50,401 nt of DNA from Nemertoderma westbladi (GCA_032718475.1 JAUCBJ010003076.1:1-50401); one strand, 5' to 3'; numbered from the stretch's first letter, positions 1-12,060 are shown. Made by a program: numbers and translations. Notes: generated by a model not told the origin, from the sequence alone.

Positions 1-204
1 ATTTCAACCTAAAACAAATAATAACAAATACTGTAGGTACTTAATTAATTCATAGTTAGGGTTCTTAAAAAAACAATTTTTTCGAAATATAACATTTAAA
101 AAAATATTTAAAACTAGAAAGACAGCAAGCTAGCTATAAGAAGAACGTCCACAGATAAATGCCGTCTATGGGGGAATATTTTTCTATTCTAAATGTACGG
201 GTGT

Positions 205-360
205 CACAGCTGATATTTATATAGATATATAGATTTATTTATATATAAATATTTTTTTATATATTTTTATATAAATATTTTTTTATATATTTTTATATTT
301 ATTTATATTTTTTTTTATATTTATTTATATTTATATATTAATTTTTTTATATTTTCATAT
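205..360. repeat. AT-only low-complexity tract
   Basis: Almost pure A/T (TATATTT-type) sequence. Confidence 0.8.
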
Positions 361-425
361 ATTCAGTTTAATTTTCAATGGTTTACTAAAATTTTCGCCT
401 GTCACCAATGATTGAAATGGCCAAG

Positions 426-472
426 CCCCCCCCCCCCCCCCCCCCCGAAAAAAAATCCTGGATCTGCCACTG
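426..472 (-). mobile_element. Probable terminus of a non-autonomous DNA transposon/MITE truncating BEL gag
   Basis: Poly-C then AAAAAAAATCCTGGATCTGCCACTG (reverse complement CAGTGGCAGATCCAGGA), resembling a common invertebrate TIR; BEL gag-like coding begins abruptly at 473. Confidence 0.4.
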
Positions 473-3400
473 GCATCGAGGGTAGCTTCACGACAGCATG
501 GCGGGCCCTAGGCAGGGAATACGGGCACCCGGCCAAGATCATCCGGCAGACCCTGAGGGGTATAACATCGGGTGGCCTACAGGATAACCCCGTTAGCATA
601 AAGACGTTTGCGAACAAAGTCGAGAAGGCGTTAATCGTGCTGAAAACACTAGACGCACCATACGAACTCAACGCATCTAATAACATCACCACGATAGCGC
701 AGGCACTGCCGATCTGGCTGCGCAATAAGTGGAGGAAATTCGCCTTCTCCACCCGGGAGAAGAAGGGTGCGGAACCGGGCCTAGAGGAAATGTCGAACTT
801 CCTCAACTACGAAGCCGAGTTGATCACGGACCCAGTCTATAGCGAGGATAGTCTGGGGAAAGGGGCCAAAGACCGAATATAACAGGCCGAAACCAGAACA
901 CAACACGGCAAACGCATTGCCAAAGCTTAGACAATCGCTGCCATACGCGGCGACGCAGGGGACTGCTAGTCCACATGTAGCCGGGGGTAGGGCCACACCA
1001 TGGAGCGGACAGGGGCAAAATAACAACACAAACAAACATAACCCCAACACGCCCAGTAGGCCGAACCCAAACAATAAGAACAGTAGGGATCTAGGTACGA
1101 ACATAAGTGCGATACGCAGCGCACTGTATAGGGACGGCTATAATCCAAACAACAAATGCCAATTGCATACGAACGCACTTCATCAGACCATGAACTGCAG
1201 ATATTGGCAAGCGTTGCCCAAACAAGATCAGGTAGAATATGCAAGAAAGAGTGGAATCTGTCATCGATGTGTGGCGGGCGGACACAGAGCTGATCAATGC
1301 AAAGAAACACCAATTAAGTTCGGTCAAGGCAAAGGGCAGACAATGGCGACAAGCACCGTAGGGGCGAAGAAAAGAGGAATGGTACTACTCGGGGTAGTAC
1401 CAGTGAGGGTGATCGGAGAAGGCGGTCGATCAGTAACCACACTGATGCTGGTCGACAGTGGAGCAGCCTTCACATTGGTGGATAATTGGGTGGCCGAAGA
1501 GATAGGACTAAAGACGAGGCCAAGTAGGATGGCGGTAACAACCATCTCCAGCAAAGATGAGGTCCTGGAGATGAGGACGGGACGGTGCAAGATAGCAGCA
1601 ATAGCACCGGGGTGCGATTATGGGGCGACCATCGACCCCATCCAGGTGATAGAATCGATCAATATCAACACCAGGCGACCAACCAACATCGAGGTCGAAC
1701 AATACAAATTCCTGGACAGTATCGATTTCTCCATACCAGAGGTGGACGTTAGGAAGGTATCCATTATAGTGGTAATGGACTGCCCGGCGGCCCACGAGAG
1801 AATGCAGACGGTCTTCGGCGAAGACAGATAGCGTGACCTGATGGCAATTTTAACACCATTCGGGTGGACGCTAAACGGCCCAATTAAAACTAAGATTCCA
1901 TTTAGGATGTCGGAGAGATCAGGGTGCATGTTTGCGGGAACTATGAGGGAGATGGAAGATGAAGGAGCAGAGGAGCAGCTCACGAGACTACTCAGACAGG
2001 ACTTTGAGGGACTAAAAGAGACCAGGGTCGGATCCTCGGTAGAAGATAAACAAGCGATGCAAAGTGTAAAGGAGTCGATGAGATGCGACAGGGGGCGGTA
2101 CACCATAGGGATGGTGTGGAAACAACCAAAATTACCGCTACCGGATAACAAGGGAATGGTAATCACGAGGCTTCGTAAACTGAAGCAAACGCTGAAGCGG
2201 AGCTCCGAGAAGGATGAGTACATTCACAAGACGATAAGGAAGTATGTCGAGAAAGGATGGGCCGTGGAGTTACCGGTTGACGAACCGAACACGGACAGGA
2301 CCTATTACCTGCCACTTCACGTGGCTCTAGATCCAAAGAAAGGTAACTTGCGGATGGTAGTTGACGCATCGGCTAAAACCAACGGCAAGTGCCTAAACGA
2401 TTATCTGCTGGAGGGCCCAAATATCTATAACTCGGGAATCGAGGTCCTGACTGAGATTTAGAAACAGGAGGCACGCCTTCACCTGTGACATTGAAGGCAT
2501 GTTTAACCAAGTCCGTGTGACGGAGGAGGATAGTGACAACCAGCGCTTCCTATGGTACAATGGCGACGAGGAACCGTCGACAATACCGATGTACAAGATG
2601 GTGGTGCAGAATATGGGGGCCAAGTCGTCCTCATTTACGACGACTGTGGCTGTAAGGGATACAGTAGAGGGGAAAGAGGAGAAGTATAGCGCCAAAGCCG
2701 TCGATATGATTCGGCGCGGCTTCTATGTAGACGACGGAATGGAGTCTGGAAATACGGTTAAAGAACTACTGGATACAGGGCGCAAGGTTCGCGACATCCT
2801 GAAGGGATCTGGGTTTAACCTGACCAAGTTCCAATCCAGCTCAGAGGAGTTTATGAAAGCCATAGAGGACAGACGGCCAGAGTTGACCATGGATAACCCT
2901 ACAACAGCCAAGGGACAGGACATGGCGAACAAAAGAGTAGAGTCTCAGCAGAAGGCACTGGGAATCGTGTGGAACCGGGAGACAGACGAGTTCAAGTATC
3001 AGCTGAGCCAGGAGGGTGCGGACATCCACACAAAGAGGGGCTATATATCGTACATGGCAAGGATATACGATCCCCTAGGCCTAGCATCCCCACTGTTAGT
3101 CACGGGGAAACAGATACTTAAGAAAGTATATAAGCTAAAGGACGAATAGGATACAGAGGTCCTGGAAGAAATCTGCAAGCAGTGGAGTAAGTGGACGGAG
3201 AGTTTAGAACATATGGGGACGTACAGCATGCCACGCGTGTACTTCCCGGATGGGGACATGACGAATCTGGATCTACATATGTTCTCCGATGCGTCATTGG
3301 AAGCATACGGAGTGGCACTCTACCTAGTACAATGAGAGGGGGCTCATAAGCCCAGACTTGCATTCAGCAAAGCAAAGTCGACGCCGCCAGATTCAGCATC

Positions 3401-5311
3401 GGTCCCAAAACTCGAGTTGACAGCTGCGAGATTAGGAGTAATGGCCACAGCCTACTTGATGGACACTATTCCCAACATAGTGGAAACACACTACTGGACA
3501 GACTCCATGGTAGTGCTCGGTTGGCTACACAATGAGAAGACGAGATACCCTATATTCGTTGCAAATAGGGTGGACAAAATAAGGGCGATGACAGAGTTGG
3601 AAAGGTGGCACTACTGCCCAACGGACGAGAACCCAGCAGACTTATTATCGAGGGGCGTGGCATGCCACACTTTCTTAAAGAAGGAAGTATTGTGGCAGCA
3701 CGGGCCACAGTTCCTGAATGATAGGATGGCCTTGCCACCAATGAAGAAGGTGGACCCGGGCTCAGAGGAAGTAGTACCAGAGGAAGAGGGAGAAGACTCA
3801 GAAGGTGAAGAGATATATAGTCAGATGGCAAGGGAGATCAGGGAGATGCAACCAAAATCAGAAGAATCGTGCGACAACCCCACGGATAAGCTCCTCAGCT
3901 ACAGCTCAAGTTGGTACAAGACCAAGAAGTTGGTAGCGTACTGGAGGCCCTTTGGGGATTTCCTCAAGGGAGTTGGCAAGGATGCCAAGAAGAAACCAAA
4001 CATCGATCTGGAGGGTGCGGCCAAGGCCGTAATACGATATGAACAGAGAAAGAACTACGGCGACGAAGTGGAGCGCATCAACAAACAACAACATCTTCGT
4101 CGGGACAGCGAGCTCATCACGCTGTCGCCACAACTCAATGATGATGGGATTCTAGTAATGAACTCCAGAGTGCTGAATAACAACAGCCTCATCATCCCAC
4201 CGAAACCCATTATCATCCCAAACAGATCGCCGATAGTCCACCAGATCATTTGGGACTCCCACAAGTCGATATTGCACGTGGGCACCAACCAGACCCTCAC
4301 AGAGATACGGAGGACCTTCTGGATCATGCAGCTAAGAAAGAAGGTAAAGGCGGTAGGGGCAGTGCCAGATCTGACGACGGATGAGAAAGGATCGGGCCGT
4401 ACAGGAGATGGCGCCATTACCGGCCAGTAGGGTGAGACAGCACGACCCGCCATTCACGCACTGCGGCATAGATATGTTCAGGCCGATAAAGATCAAGGTG
4501 ATGCGACACACGGAGAAACGCTACGGCATCATCTTCGTATGTAACAAGACGAGGGCAGTAGGAATAGAACTAGCCCAAGATGCAACCGCATCGGCATTCA
4601 TCAATGCCCTAGAGAGATTCAGAGACCGCAAAGGTGGGACGATCACAGTGATCTACTCCGACAATGTAACCAACTTTGTGGGGGTGGAGAACGAGCTGGC
4701 GGTGGCCTTGGACATCCTGGAAGGAGAGGAAGTCAGGGCAGCCATGAGGAGACGACAGATCAAGTAGGAGAGGAGGACGCCGTATGCTCCGCATACTTTA
4801 GGATGCGTCGAGAGACTCGTGGGTAGTTCCAAGCATCTGATGACGAAGTTGATGAACACCCACATGGTGACAGAAGATATACTAAGGACGGTGCTAGCTA
4901 AGTGCGAGGGCAACATCAATAGCAGACCGTTATACCCAGAAAATGACGACCCAGAATCACTAGACGTACTGACATCCAGTCATTTTCTGATGGAAAGGCC
5001 AGCGACCATCGACATGCGGGGTATAGACCCAGATGACATACCGGTACACTTCCGACAGAGTTGGAAAGTCGCTAAGGCGATAAGTGCAGAGTACTGGAGG
5101 AGGTGGGTTGAGGAATACCTACCCACACTGCATAGGAGGAGCAAGTGGAGAAATACCACTAGAGAGCTAAAGAAAGGTGATTTAGTAAGGTGACGAGGAT
5201 GGAAGAGTCCGATCGGTGGAAGTGCGGATAGGGGGTAAGATAGGAGCGAAAGACAGGAAAACCTACAGGAGGGCCGTAGGTAAATGTTGCCTGCTAGAAG
5301 GAGCACCATAG
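473..5311 (+). pseudogene. BEL gag-pol polyprotein, disrupted by stops and frameshifts
   Basis: Capsid-like region; Zn knuckles CQLHTNALHQTMNC and CHRCVAGGHRADQC; protease LVDSGA; RT FYVDDG; Pao RNase H (DLHMFSDASLEAYG, HYWTDSMVVL, NPADLLSRG); integrase HCGIDMFRP / IYSDNVTNF; C-terminal YWRRWVEEYLPTL. Confidence 0.93.
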
Positions 5312-5320
5312 AGTTTAGTC

Positions 5321-5378
5321 GTCCAAGTGTTGGATTGGGGGGGTGGGATTGAGGGCGAGACGCCCTTCCCACACAAAA
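5321..5378 (+). promoter_or_regulatory. Conserved double hairpin with internal polypurine (PPT-like) tract after the pol stop
   Basis: GTCCAA/TTGGAT stem, G7, then GTGGGA..AGGGCG-AGA-CGCCCT-TCCCAC stem and an A-tract; nearly identical at 20596-20653. Confidence 0.55.
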
Positions 5379-5485
5379 TATAAAAAAAAAATAATAATAA
5401 AATAATAAAATAATAGAAAGAGAGTAAGAGAAAGGAAAGTAATAGTACATAGTAAGTACGTAGTAAGTAAGTAGGCAGATAGAGG

Positions 5486-5905
5486 AGTTGGTTAGTAGTA
5501 AGAGGGTACGTAGTACCGTTAGAGGAGTTAGTTAGTAGTAAGAGGGTACATGTAGTACCGTTAGTGGAGTTAGTTAGTAGTAAGAGGGTACATGTAGTAC
5601 CGTTAGTGGAGTTAGTTAGTAGTAAGAGGGTACGTGTAGTACCGTTAGAGGTGTTAGTTAGTAGTAAGAGGGTACGTGTAGTACCGTTAGTGGAGTTAGT
5701 TAGTAGTAAGAGGGTATGTGTAGTACCGTTAGTGGAGTTAGTTAGTAGTAAGAGGGTACGTAGTTCCGTTAGTGGAGTTAGTTAGTAGTAAGAGGGTACG
5801 TAATACCGTAAGTGGAGTTAGTAAGTTAGTAGTTAGAGGGTATGCAGTACCGTTAGGAGAGTTAGTAGTAAGAGGGTACATAGAACCGTTAGAGGAGTTA
5901 GTTAG
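5486..5905 (+). repeat. ~42-bp tandem array (~10 copies) inside BEL copy 1
   Basis: Unit GTAGTACCGTTAGTGGAGTTAGTTAGTAGTAAGAGGGTAC(A/G)T; 14-aa periodicity in ORF 5564-5785; GGTAC/GTACC stem in each unit. Confidence 0.9.
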
Positions 5906-6345
5906 AGTGTTAGTAAGAGTTAGTAGTGTTAGTAAGAGTTAGTAGAGTTAGAGAGTTAGTAGGGTTAGTAGTGAGTAGTGAGAGGAGAGGGGGGCACGTG
6001 GGTACAGCAGCACAGATCGTGTAGGCCACACGAGACATACTACTGTACTGCACAGCCCGCAGAGTAGGTCAGAATGTTTGATACAGGGCCAGGAGGTTAC
6101 CTGGTGCAGACTAGCACAGCAAGGAGTAGCTAGTCTATCCTGTATACAAACCATAGGGGTTATTGAAATAAATAATCCATTATAAGTATTGATAGCACAG
6201 TTGTGGAATTAAAAATTAATGTTAAAATCAAAATTCGACAAATTATAGCAACAGTAGATAAAATATTCTAGAAGATAATAAAAGTAACTGACAAATTTAG
6301 GGAATTTAGGAAATTTAGTACTTTAAGGGGTAAAAATACTAGTAG

Positions 6346-8825
6346 ATACTAGTAGATTTCACCGAGAGGCATCCGGAGGAGAAGACGAGGGGATACTACG
6401 AGCGGTTAGAGAAGGGTCACAAGGCGCGAGCGCTGCAGGACCATTTCAGGGAGGTGCACGAGAGGCGGCTGGTCGGGACCTACGGGACGCCGTCGCTAGA
6501 CAACGCGATCCTCGAGCATTTCCACTACATGGTGAAGGGAGACGAGGCGAAGTTCGGGATACTGAAGTATCCAAGGGAACCACCGAGAAAGGATTGGAAG
6601 AGGTTCGTAGAGTCCGTCAGCAGGGGAGGATACATGGTCCTAGACGACGAAGGGACCGTGGAAGATGAGGAGGGGTTGGCCAGAACCATACTTCTGCATT
6701 TGGCTGCGCCAAATGGGGACATATTCCTGTTCGATCTGGGAATGTATTGGAAGAAGAACGGGCCGAAGTTGAACCGGTTGCCAAGGGCGGTGCAGAACGT
6801 AGTAAGGGAGAAGTTGACGATAAAGGTGGGATCGGCGATCCGCGACGATGCGGAGAGGATCATCGGTCCGGAGACCCCCAACCTCCTGGACATGCAAACG
6901 GTCTACATGGCTATGACAGGGCCAGCCGGGTTGGGACTAGTAGAGAACACAAGACATTGCGGAGCAGTGGCGATGGGCCAGCTAATGGGGCTCGAATGCC
7001 ACAAGCCAATGGACTGGGGTAAATTCAGGGAGGAGTACGGAGCGGAGTTGGCGAACTCGCTGAAGTGGGGAGCGAGGCCGGGGAAACAGGAGGTGTATCA
7101 ATTCCGGAGAGGAGCGATAAAGATATATCAGAAGTGATACATCCTGCAGGAGGATTGGATAATGATAGGTTTACTAAACCTATTCATGGCCGTGGTTATC
7201 GGAAGAGAGCCAATGGCTTTTCTGCTGTTGGGATCATCCCTGAACTACAGAAGAGCCTTCAAAGTGGCCTTCGAGGGTCTGGCAGACCACCCGGGGCTGA
7301 AGGGCGAGTCGGTATACTACAACTGCCGATATCTAGTAGACGGGGGGTGGATACACCATATCAGAGGTGGGAGAAGATGGAGGCGGATAGACTAGAGGAG
7401 AAGCGATTGGAAGAAATTGCTAGACGAGAAAGGAGGGAGGCAGATGAAAGAGAGGTGGAAGCTAGAGGAGAGGGCTATGGGTTCGAGGCTCAGGCCTTGG
7501 ACGATTTGCAGTGGGCATCAGGGAGCTCGGGCGAGTCTCTGGGGCGAGAGTTGGGATGGACGGGAGGATCGCCGAAACAGTCGACATTGGGATTGCAGGC
7601 AACACCCATGCCAGCGGGCGCCGAGGGCGATTTCGCGCAGAAAAGACCAGGGGAACTGGAAGGATGGAAAGTCACGGGCGAGAGCCAAGGTGGGAAGGGA
7701 CACAGCGGGTCTACCGGGATGCCGGGTTTGGATCTACTCCCAGCGGAGGATGAGGATGACGATGAGTTCGGGGAGATACCGCCCATCGAGAGGATCAGCC
7801 ACTCAGACAGGGACTGGTTTGGCGGGAGTGGTGACGGCCAGCGGGTCAAGGGCCTTCTGGGATAAAACTGGCAAGCGGGCCTCGGTGCATGAGGAGCCGG
7901 CGATGGATTTCGCGGGGAGCACCATCAGGTTGGGCGAGCAACTGGGAACGGCACCACGGGTAGTACTCGGAGAGATGATGCCAAGGCGAGATGAGGACAT
8001 AGACATGGACAGAGACGTCAACGTCCAGAAGTTTGCTTACCAGCGGCTCCATAGACCGAGGAGATCGCTTGGGGCGAAGGACGACTTGGGGCGGGATGCA
8101 TTGATACTTGGCTGTGATTACTGCGGGAGGCTTTAAAAAAAAGAGCTGCTTGTATCGATTCCAGAAGGGGACAAGTTGCCTCTACTGCCACAAGTCGAGT
8201 CACAGGATGGGGGCGCGTCCACGGTTGCACAACCGGTGTTCTAAGTGTAACTTCCGGGGGCACTACGGATGCCAGTGCGACTGGATGGACGACGAGGAGA
8301 AGTTTAAGATCTTCGAGGAGTGGGCCGATGTCGGCGTCATGACGCGGCAGCGAATGAAGGCCCAGAAATTCCGGTGGGGTTTCTTCAATATTAACCAGGA
8401 GGCCCACCTGGAAATCATTAAACGGAGACTTCCGTTTACTTACCAAGAAGTATCAACGGCGGCATCATATGCTGGAGTGATGAATACACAGGTATTTAGA
8501 TAGATGGGCGCCAGAGAACCGGGGAGAGTTCAGAGATTACCTGGCGGAGCATGTGCCGCAGGCCATGAAGGTGATCTTATGGGACGCTACTAGGGGAAAG
8601 CAGCAGGGGCATTCGGAGGGGCCACCTGCGAAGCGATACCGGGAGCTAATAACACCAGCGCCCAAGGAATCGACCATGGGAATCAGTAGGGAAGTAATGG
8701 CAAGGATGAGGAACCTTAAGGAGGACAAGAGCAAGGGAGCGGCGACAACCAGGAAGCGACCGAGACAGGACAACAACAGAGGGAAGGAACTGAGATGGTT
8801 CCCAAAGATGGGAGGAGTGGAGTAG
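6346..8825 (+). pseudogene. Extra ORF (ORF3) of BEL copy 1: DEDDy/WRN-like 3'-5' exonuclease + charged linker + zinc knuckles, disrupted
   Basis: YMVLDDEG (ExoI-like), LLHLAAPNGDIFLFDL, LPRAVQNVV..LTIKVGSAIRDDAERI (ExoII-like), NLLDMQ, Q(K*)YILQED (ExoIII-like); E/R/K-rich stretch; CDYCG, CLYCHKSSH, CSKCNFRGHYGCQC. Pieced together from ORFs 6454-7137, 7162-7395, 7065-7865, 7417-8136, 8108-8503 and 8553-8825. Confidence 0.75.
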
Positions 8826-9436
8826 GACTCGGAGGGGAGATGTGGGGATGCCTGGAAGGCACCACATGCGAAGTAATACGAACTTCTAAGTGCAAATTTA
8901 ATAAAAGTGCAATTAGTATATACGTATGTAGTAATCAATAGACTATGATCATATAATCAATATCCAATATAATCAAAGTAAATACTATAGTCATGTAACC
9001 TTTTTCCAACTAGCTAGTGGGAGTGGGGACCAACTGACTATGACAGGACGGGACACTAGGCAACTCACACTTCTTGAGTGCGACGGCACGAGAGTGGAGG
9101 GTGAGGCTCGTCAGGAGTGAGTGGAACGGAACGAGTAGGGGTTGAGTACAGGAACGCAGGGGAGAGAGTGAGAGGTGGTGTTGACGCGTGTGGAGAGAAT
9201 ACGGGTGCGATTCAAATGTGGGGGGCGAGGAGTAAGAGGCAGAGTGAGGGACAAAGAGGTCCGAAAGTAGAGTGGAGTTAGAGTGGAACTAGAGAAGTCA
9301 GAGTCAGTGCAGGGTAGAGTGGAGATATACAATTGTGTGAGATGAGTCCACAATTGTCTCGAACCGAGACGCCAGATGTCTTGGTGCAACATAGGTTGCG
9401 GTTGCACCAACAGGGGGTAGTAACATCATCCCCAGA

Positions 9437-9560
9437 GGGAGTGGCCTGGAAAGCCGACTCCAAGAAAAGAACTCCACCCCACACCCGTTAGTAGATCGGG
9501 TTCCAGCGGAATTGAAGCGCACTTATGGGTGATGCTATCTTCTCACCGGGAAGATAGCAT
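9437..9560 (+). other. Conserved structured 3' UTR block ending in a perfect hairpin
   Basis: Near-identical at 22021-22145; ATGCTATCTTC/GAAGATAGCAT 11-bp inverted repeat at 9532-9560. Confidence 0.65.
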
Positions 9561-9569
9561 GGGGGGGAG
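9561..9569 (+). promoter_or_regulatory. Polypurine tract
   Basis: GGGGGGGAG immediately before the TGT start of the LTR; same at 22146-22154. Confidence 0.85.
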
Positions 9570-10184
9570 TGTAAGCGGATTCAGTTCCGCTGCATTACCC
9601 TCATAAATGGGAAGTGGCACATTTTCAGTAATTTGTTGGAGGTATGAGATTGGGAATAACCAATCTCGTATCACAATCCAACACCAGGGACAACACAGCC
9701 CCAAAGCCACACAAAGGGAGGTTAGAGGTCAAACCACCTCAGGAGGGAAAGTAACCAACAGGGGCCAACAGGGGGGAAACACTCCCAGAAAGGGGAGAGG
9801 CGTGAAGTAGATCATTAGCCAATGGGGGCAAAGGAAGCATCCGCTAGGTAAAGGCCACAATAGTGTAGGAATAATGATAGATATATATATTATGCCGTTA
9901 CCGGTCTGGCTATCATTCAGTTGCTCAGTTATTGGTTTTAGTGCAGAGCGGTGACATCCTTCACCGTCACCGTCACCAATATATCCACACCTACCGGTAT
10001 ACCATACTGTTACCGAGCTGTCATCATCAAACTATACTGTGCTATCATTCAGTCATTCGGTTATTGATATTAATATTCAGAGCATCAAAGAGATAACAAC
10101 GAACTCTTATTTTTACTATTCCGCGAACACGGTGACGCATAGTCTAACTAACCGGTCGGAGCCGTCACAATTGATCCCGTCACA
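9570..10184 (+). repeat. 3' LTR of BEL copy 1
   Basis: Starts TGTAAGCGGATTC and ends GATCCCGTCACA as in copy 2 LTRs; CCAAT (~9819), TATA-like (~9881) and TCAGT initiator-like motifs. Confidence 0.85.
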
Positions 10185-11255
10185 AACGAGATTAGGGCAA
10201 ACAACTGGCTGTGTCTGCTTCTCCTATCAGGCAGGAGGTCTACAAACACGACATTGCAAAGTCCCTCCCCCGTTGCTATAGGTCACAGCAAGAGGCCTCC
10301 AGTTATTAGTGAGAAGAACACCTTAGGAGGGGAGGGGGGGGGGGACTGGACGCAAAACCCACCTTGGCGAATTATTATCCCGCTTCAATGTTAAATTCTG
10401 AAATTAGGGAAAGGAGCAGATTAAGCACTACATAAACAAACAAATAAATCCTAAAAGGAGAGCCAATCCAATCCAAACAATAACAATTTATTTTAGAATA
10501 TGAATAATATACAGTATATACAATTTGTGTTTACCACTTTTACCTTAATTAAAAGGAATATTTCATCAAGTCTTTCCATAATTAATGTCACTAAATATGC
10601 ATTTTGGTGAATATAATAAAGGTATAAATGAAATGTTATATTTCTTTGCGGATAGGAGTTTGGTCGACCAGTTTCAAGTATGTAGTGAAAATGGACCGTG
10701 GTGGTACAATAGCAGCTTTGGGATGTACTGGTATTGAAATTGAAACAATACGTAGAAGCGGAAATACTTACCTTACTGAGAAGGCCAAGATAACGAAACT
10801 ATATTTTGTATGTAGTAATCATATGCTGATTGGATTCATGTTTCGCTCAAGATAAATAACCTGTAATAATTTAATGTACTACCGGTACTATAATATTCAT
10901 ATGTAAGATAATGGATATCATAGGTGCGGTATCAAGGCAACAATTAAATTATCATATATATATGTACATACTGGATTTATATATATGGCGTTTGTATATG
11001 GAATATATGGAATTGAAATGAATCTTGCTATTGAAAATTAATGACAATTTTAATTGATGTTTCCGTGAATTAAATAAGCGCACCTGCCAATTTGATTGAA
11101 TTGATATAATATATATACGTAAACTACTAATCAGTATTATTTTACTGTTTAAAATATATTTGGTTTCACTAAATTTCCCAGAATCCCAATAGTATCTACT
11201 CTAGAATGATATAATTTAGAATCCAAAATTTTTAGAATACAGCAGTGAATATAGT

Positions 11256-11473
11256 ATGACTCATCAAAATCAGCTGTTACTAATCATTGTGCTGCTGAAC
11301 TTGAGAGCTCAAATATGTTGTAGCAAAGGAAAATCAAGTGTCAGTTGCTACAGAGACACCACCTTTGGTGAAGGTAACCATGGCTCAACTTCAGACCATC
11401 AGCTGATTAATCACGTTATCAAAAATATATCGAAGTCTGTCTCAAAGATACGTTGCAGTCGTATTTGCCTCAG
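11256..11473 (+). CDS. Host gene exon: signal peptide + N-terminal half of a PAN/Apple domain
   Basis: MTHQNQLLLIIVLLNLRAQICC hydrophobic leader; LINHVIKNI...CSRICL; donor AG|GTAAAC, phase 2. Confidence 0.8.
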
Positions 11474-11851
11474 GTAAACATATACATATAGGCCTATATA
11501 TATTTATAATTTTCTATATTTATAAATGTACACCACTCAGTCACTTAAAAATATAGCTACTATTGGCACTACTACAGTATGTGTACCCATGACCGGTATT
11601 TTTTTTGTAGTAGCTAGTTTTTGCTACTTTTTTTTTTTAATGTTCTATGTCATATTAGCTATAGTTTTGCAAAAAAAATGTTCTAGAACAAATCTTTTTT
11701 GTTCAAGAACATTTTTTTAAAAATTTATACTGTAATTCCTAATAATACACCTTAAAATGTTAATCTGTTGCCTTTAAATACTTCAAACTATTATTCTAGA
11801 ATGGTTTTTAATGTTTACAGTAGTAGGTTCACTTTAGCTGTTTTCATTAAA

Positions 11852-12060
11852 AGAAAAAAACAATGGTGTAAGGACTTTCAGCCACAAAATGTGTTATAGT
11901 GTATTGCAGACGTTTCAATAAACTGTATCACTGCATTAATAAAGATAAACATTGTTTATTGAAACGTCTGCAATACACTATAACACCTTTTGTGGCTGAA
12001 AGTCCTTACACCATTGTTTTTTCTATTATTCTCGCCACATTCAATTAATCATGTCTTAAT
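11852..12060. mobile_element. Inverted-repeat insertion, probably a Penelope-like terminal fragment
   Basis: ~70-bp near-perfect inverted arms (11852-11923 / 11954-12024), flanking 13-bp direct repeat TGTTTTCATTAAA (11839-11851, 12061-12073), degenerate hammerhead-like core at 11930-11974. Confidence 0.55.

Larger units (their letters stand above)
473..10184 (+). mobile_element. BEL/Pao LTR retrotransposon copy 1 (5'-truncated, with extra ORF)
   Basis: Order gag - protease - RT - RNase H - integrase, then a 4.2 kb extension, PPT and TG...CA LTR homologous to the LTRs at 16219 and 22155. Confidence 0.93.

Noticed and set aside
412-475. Proline-rich N-terminus MKWPSPPPPPPP of ORF 412-882
   Set aside because: Translation of a poly-C tract from an adjacent repeat end fused to truncated gag.
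402-5450. Numerous minus-strand ORFs over BEL pol (and plus-strand ORFs over the minus-strand elements)
   Set aside because: Antisense shadows of purine-biased coding sequence; no independent motifs.
6346-8825. ORF3 as an env gene
   Set aside because: No signal peptide, furin site or C-terminal TM anchor pattern; motifs fit an exonuclease plus knuckles.
9437-9525. Known ribozyme (hammerhead/HDV) in the 3' block
   Set aside because: No CTGANGA/GAAA core and no convincing HDV nested pseudoknot could be drawn by eye.
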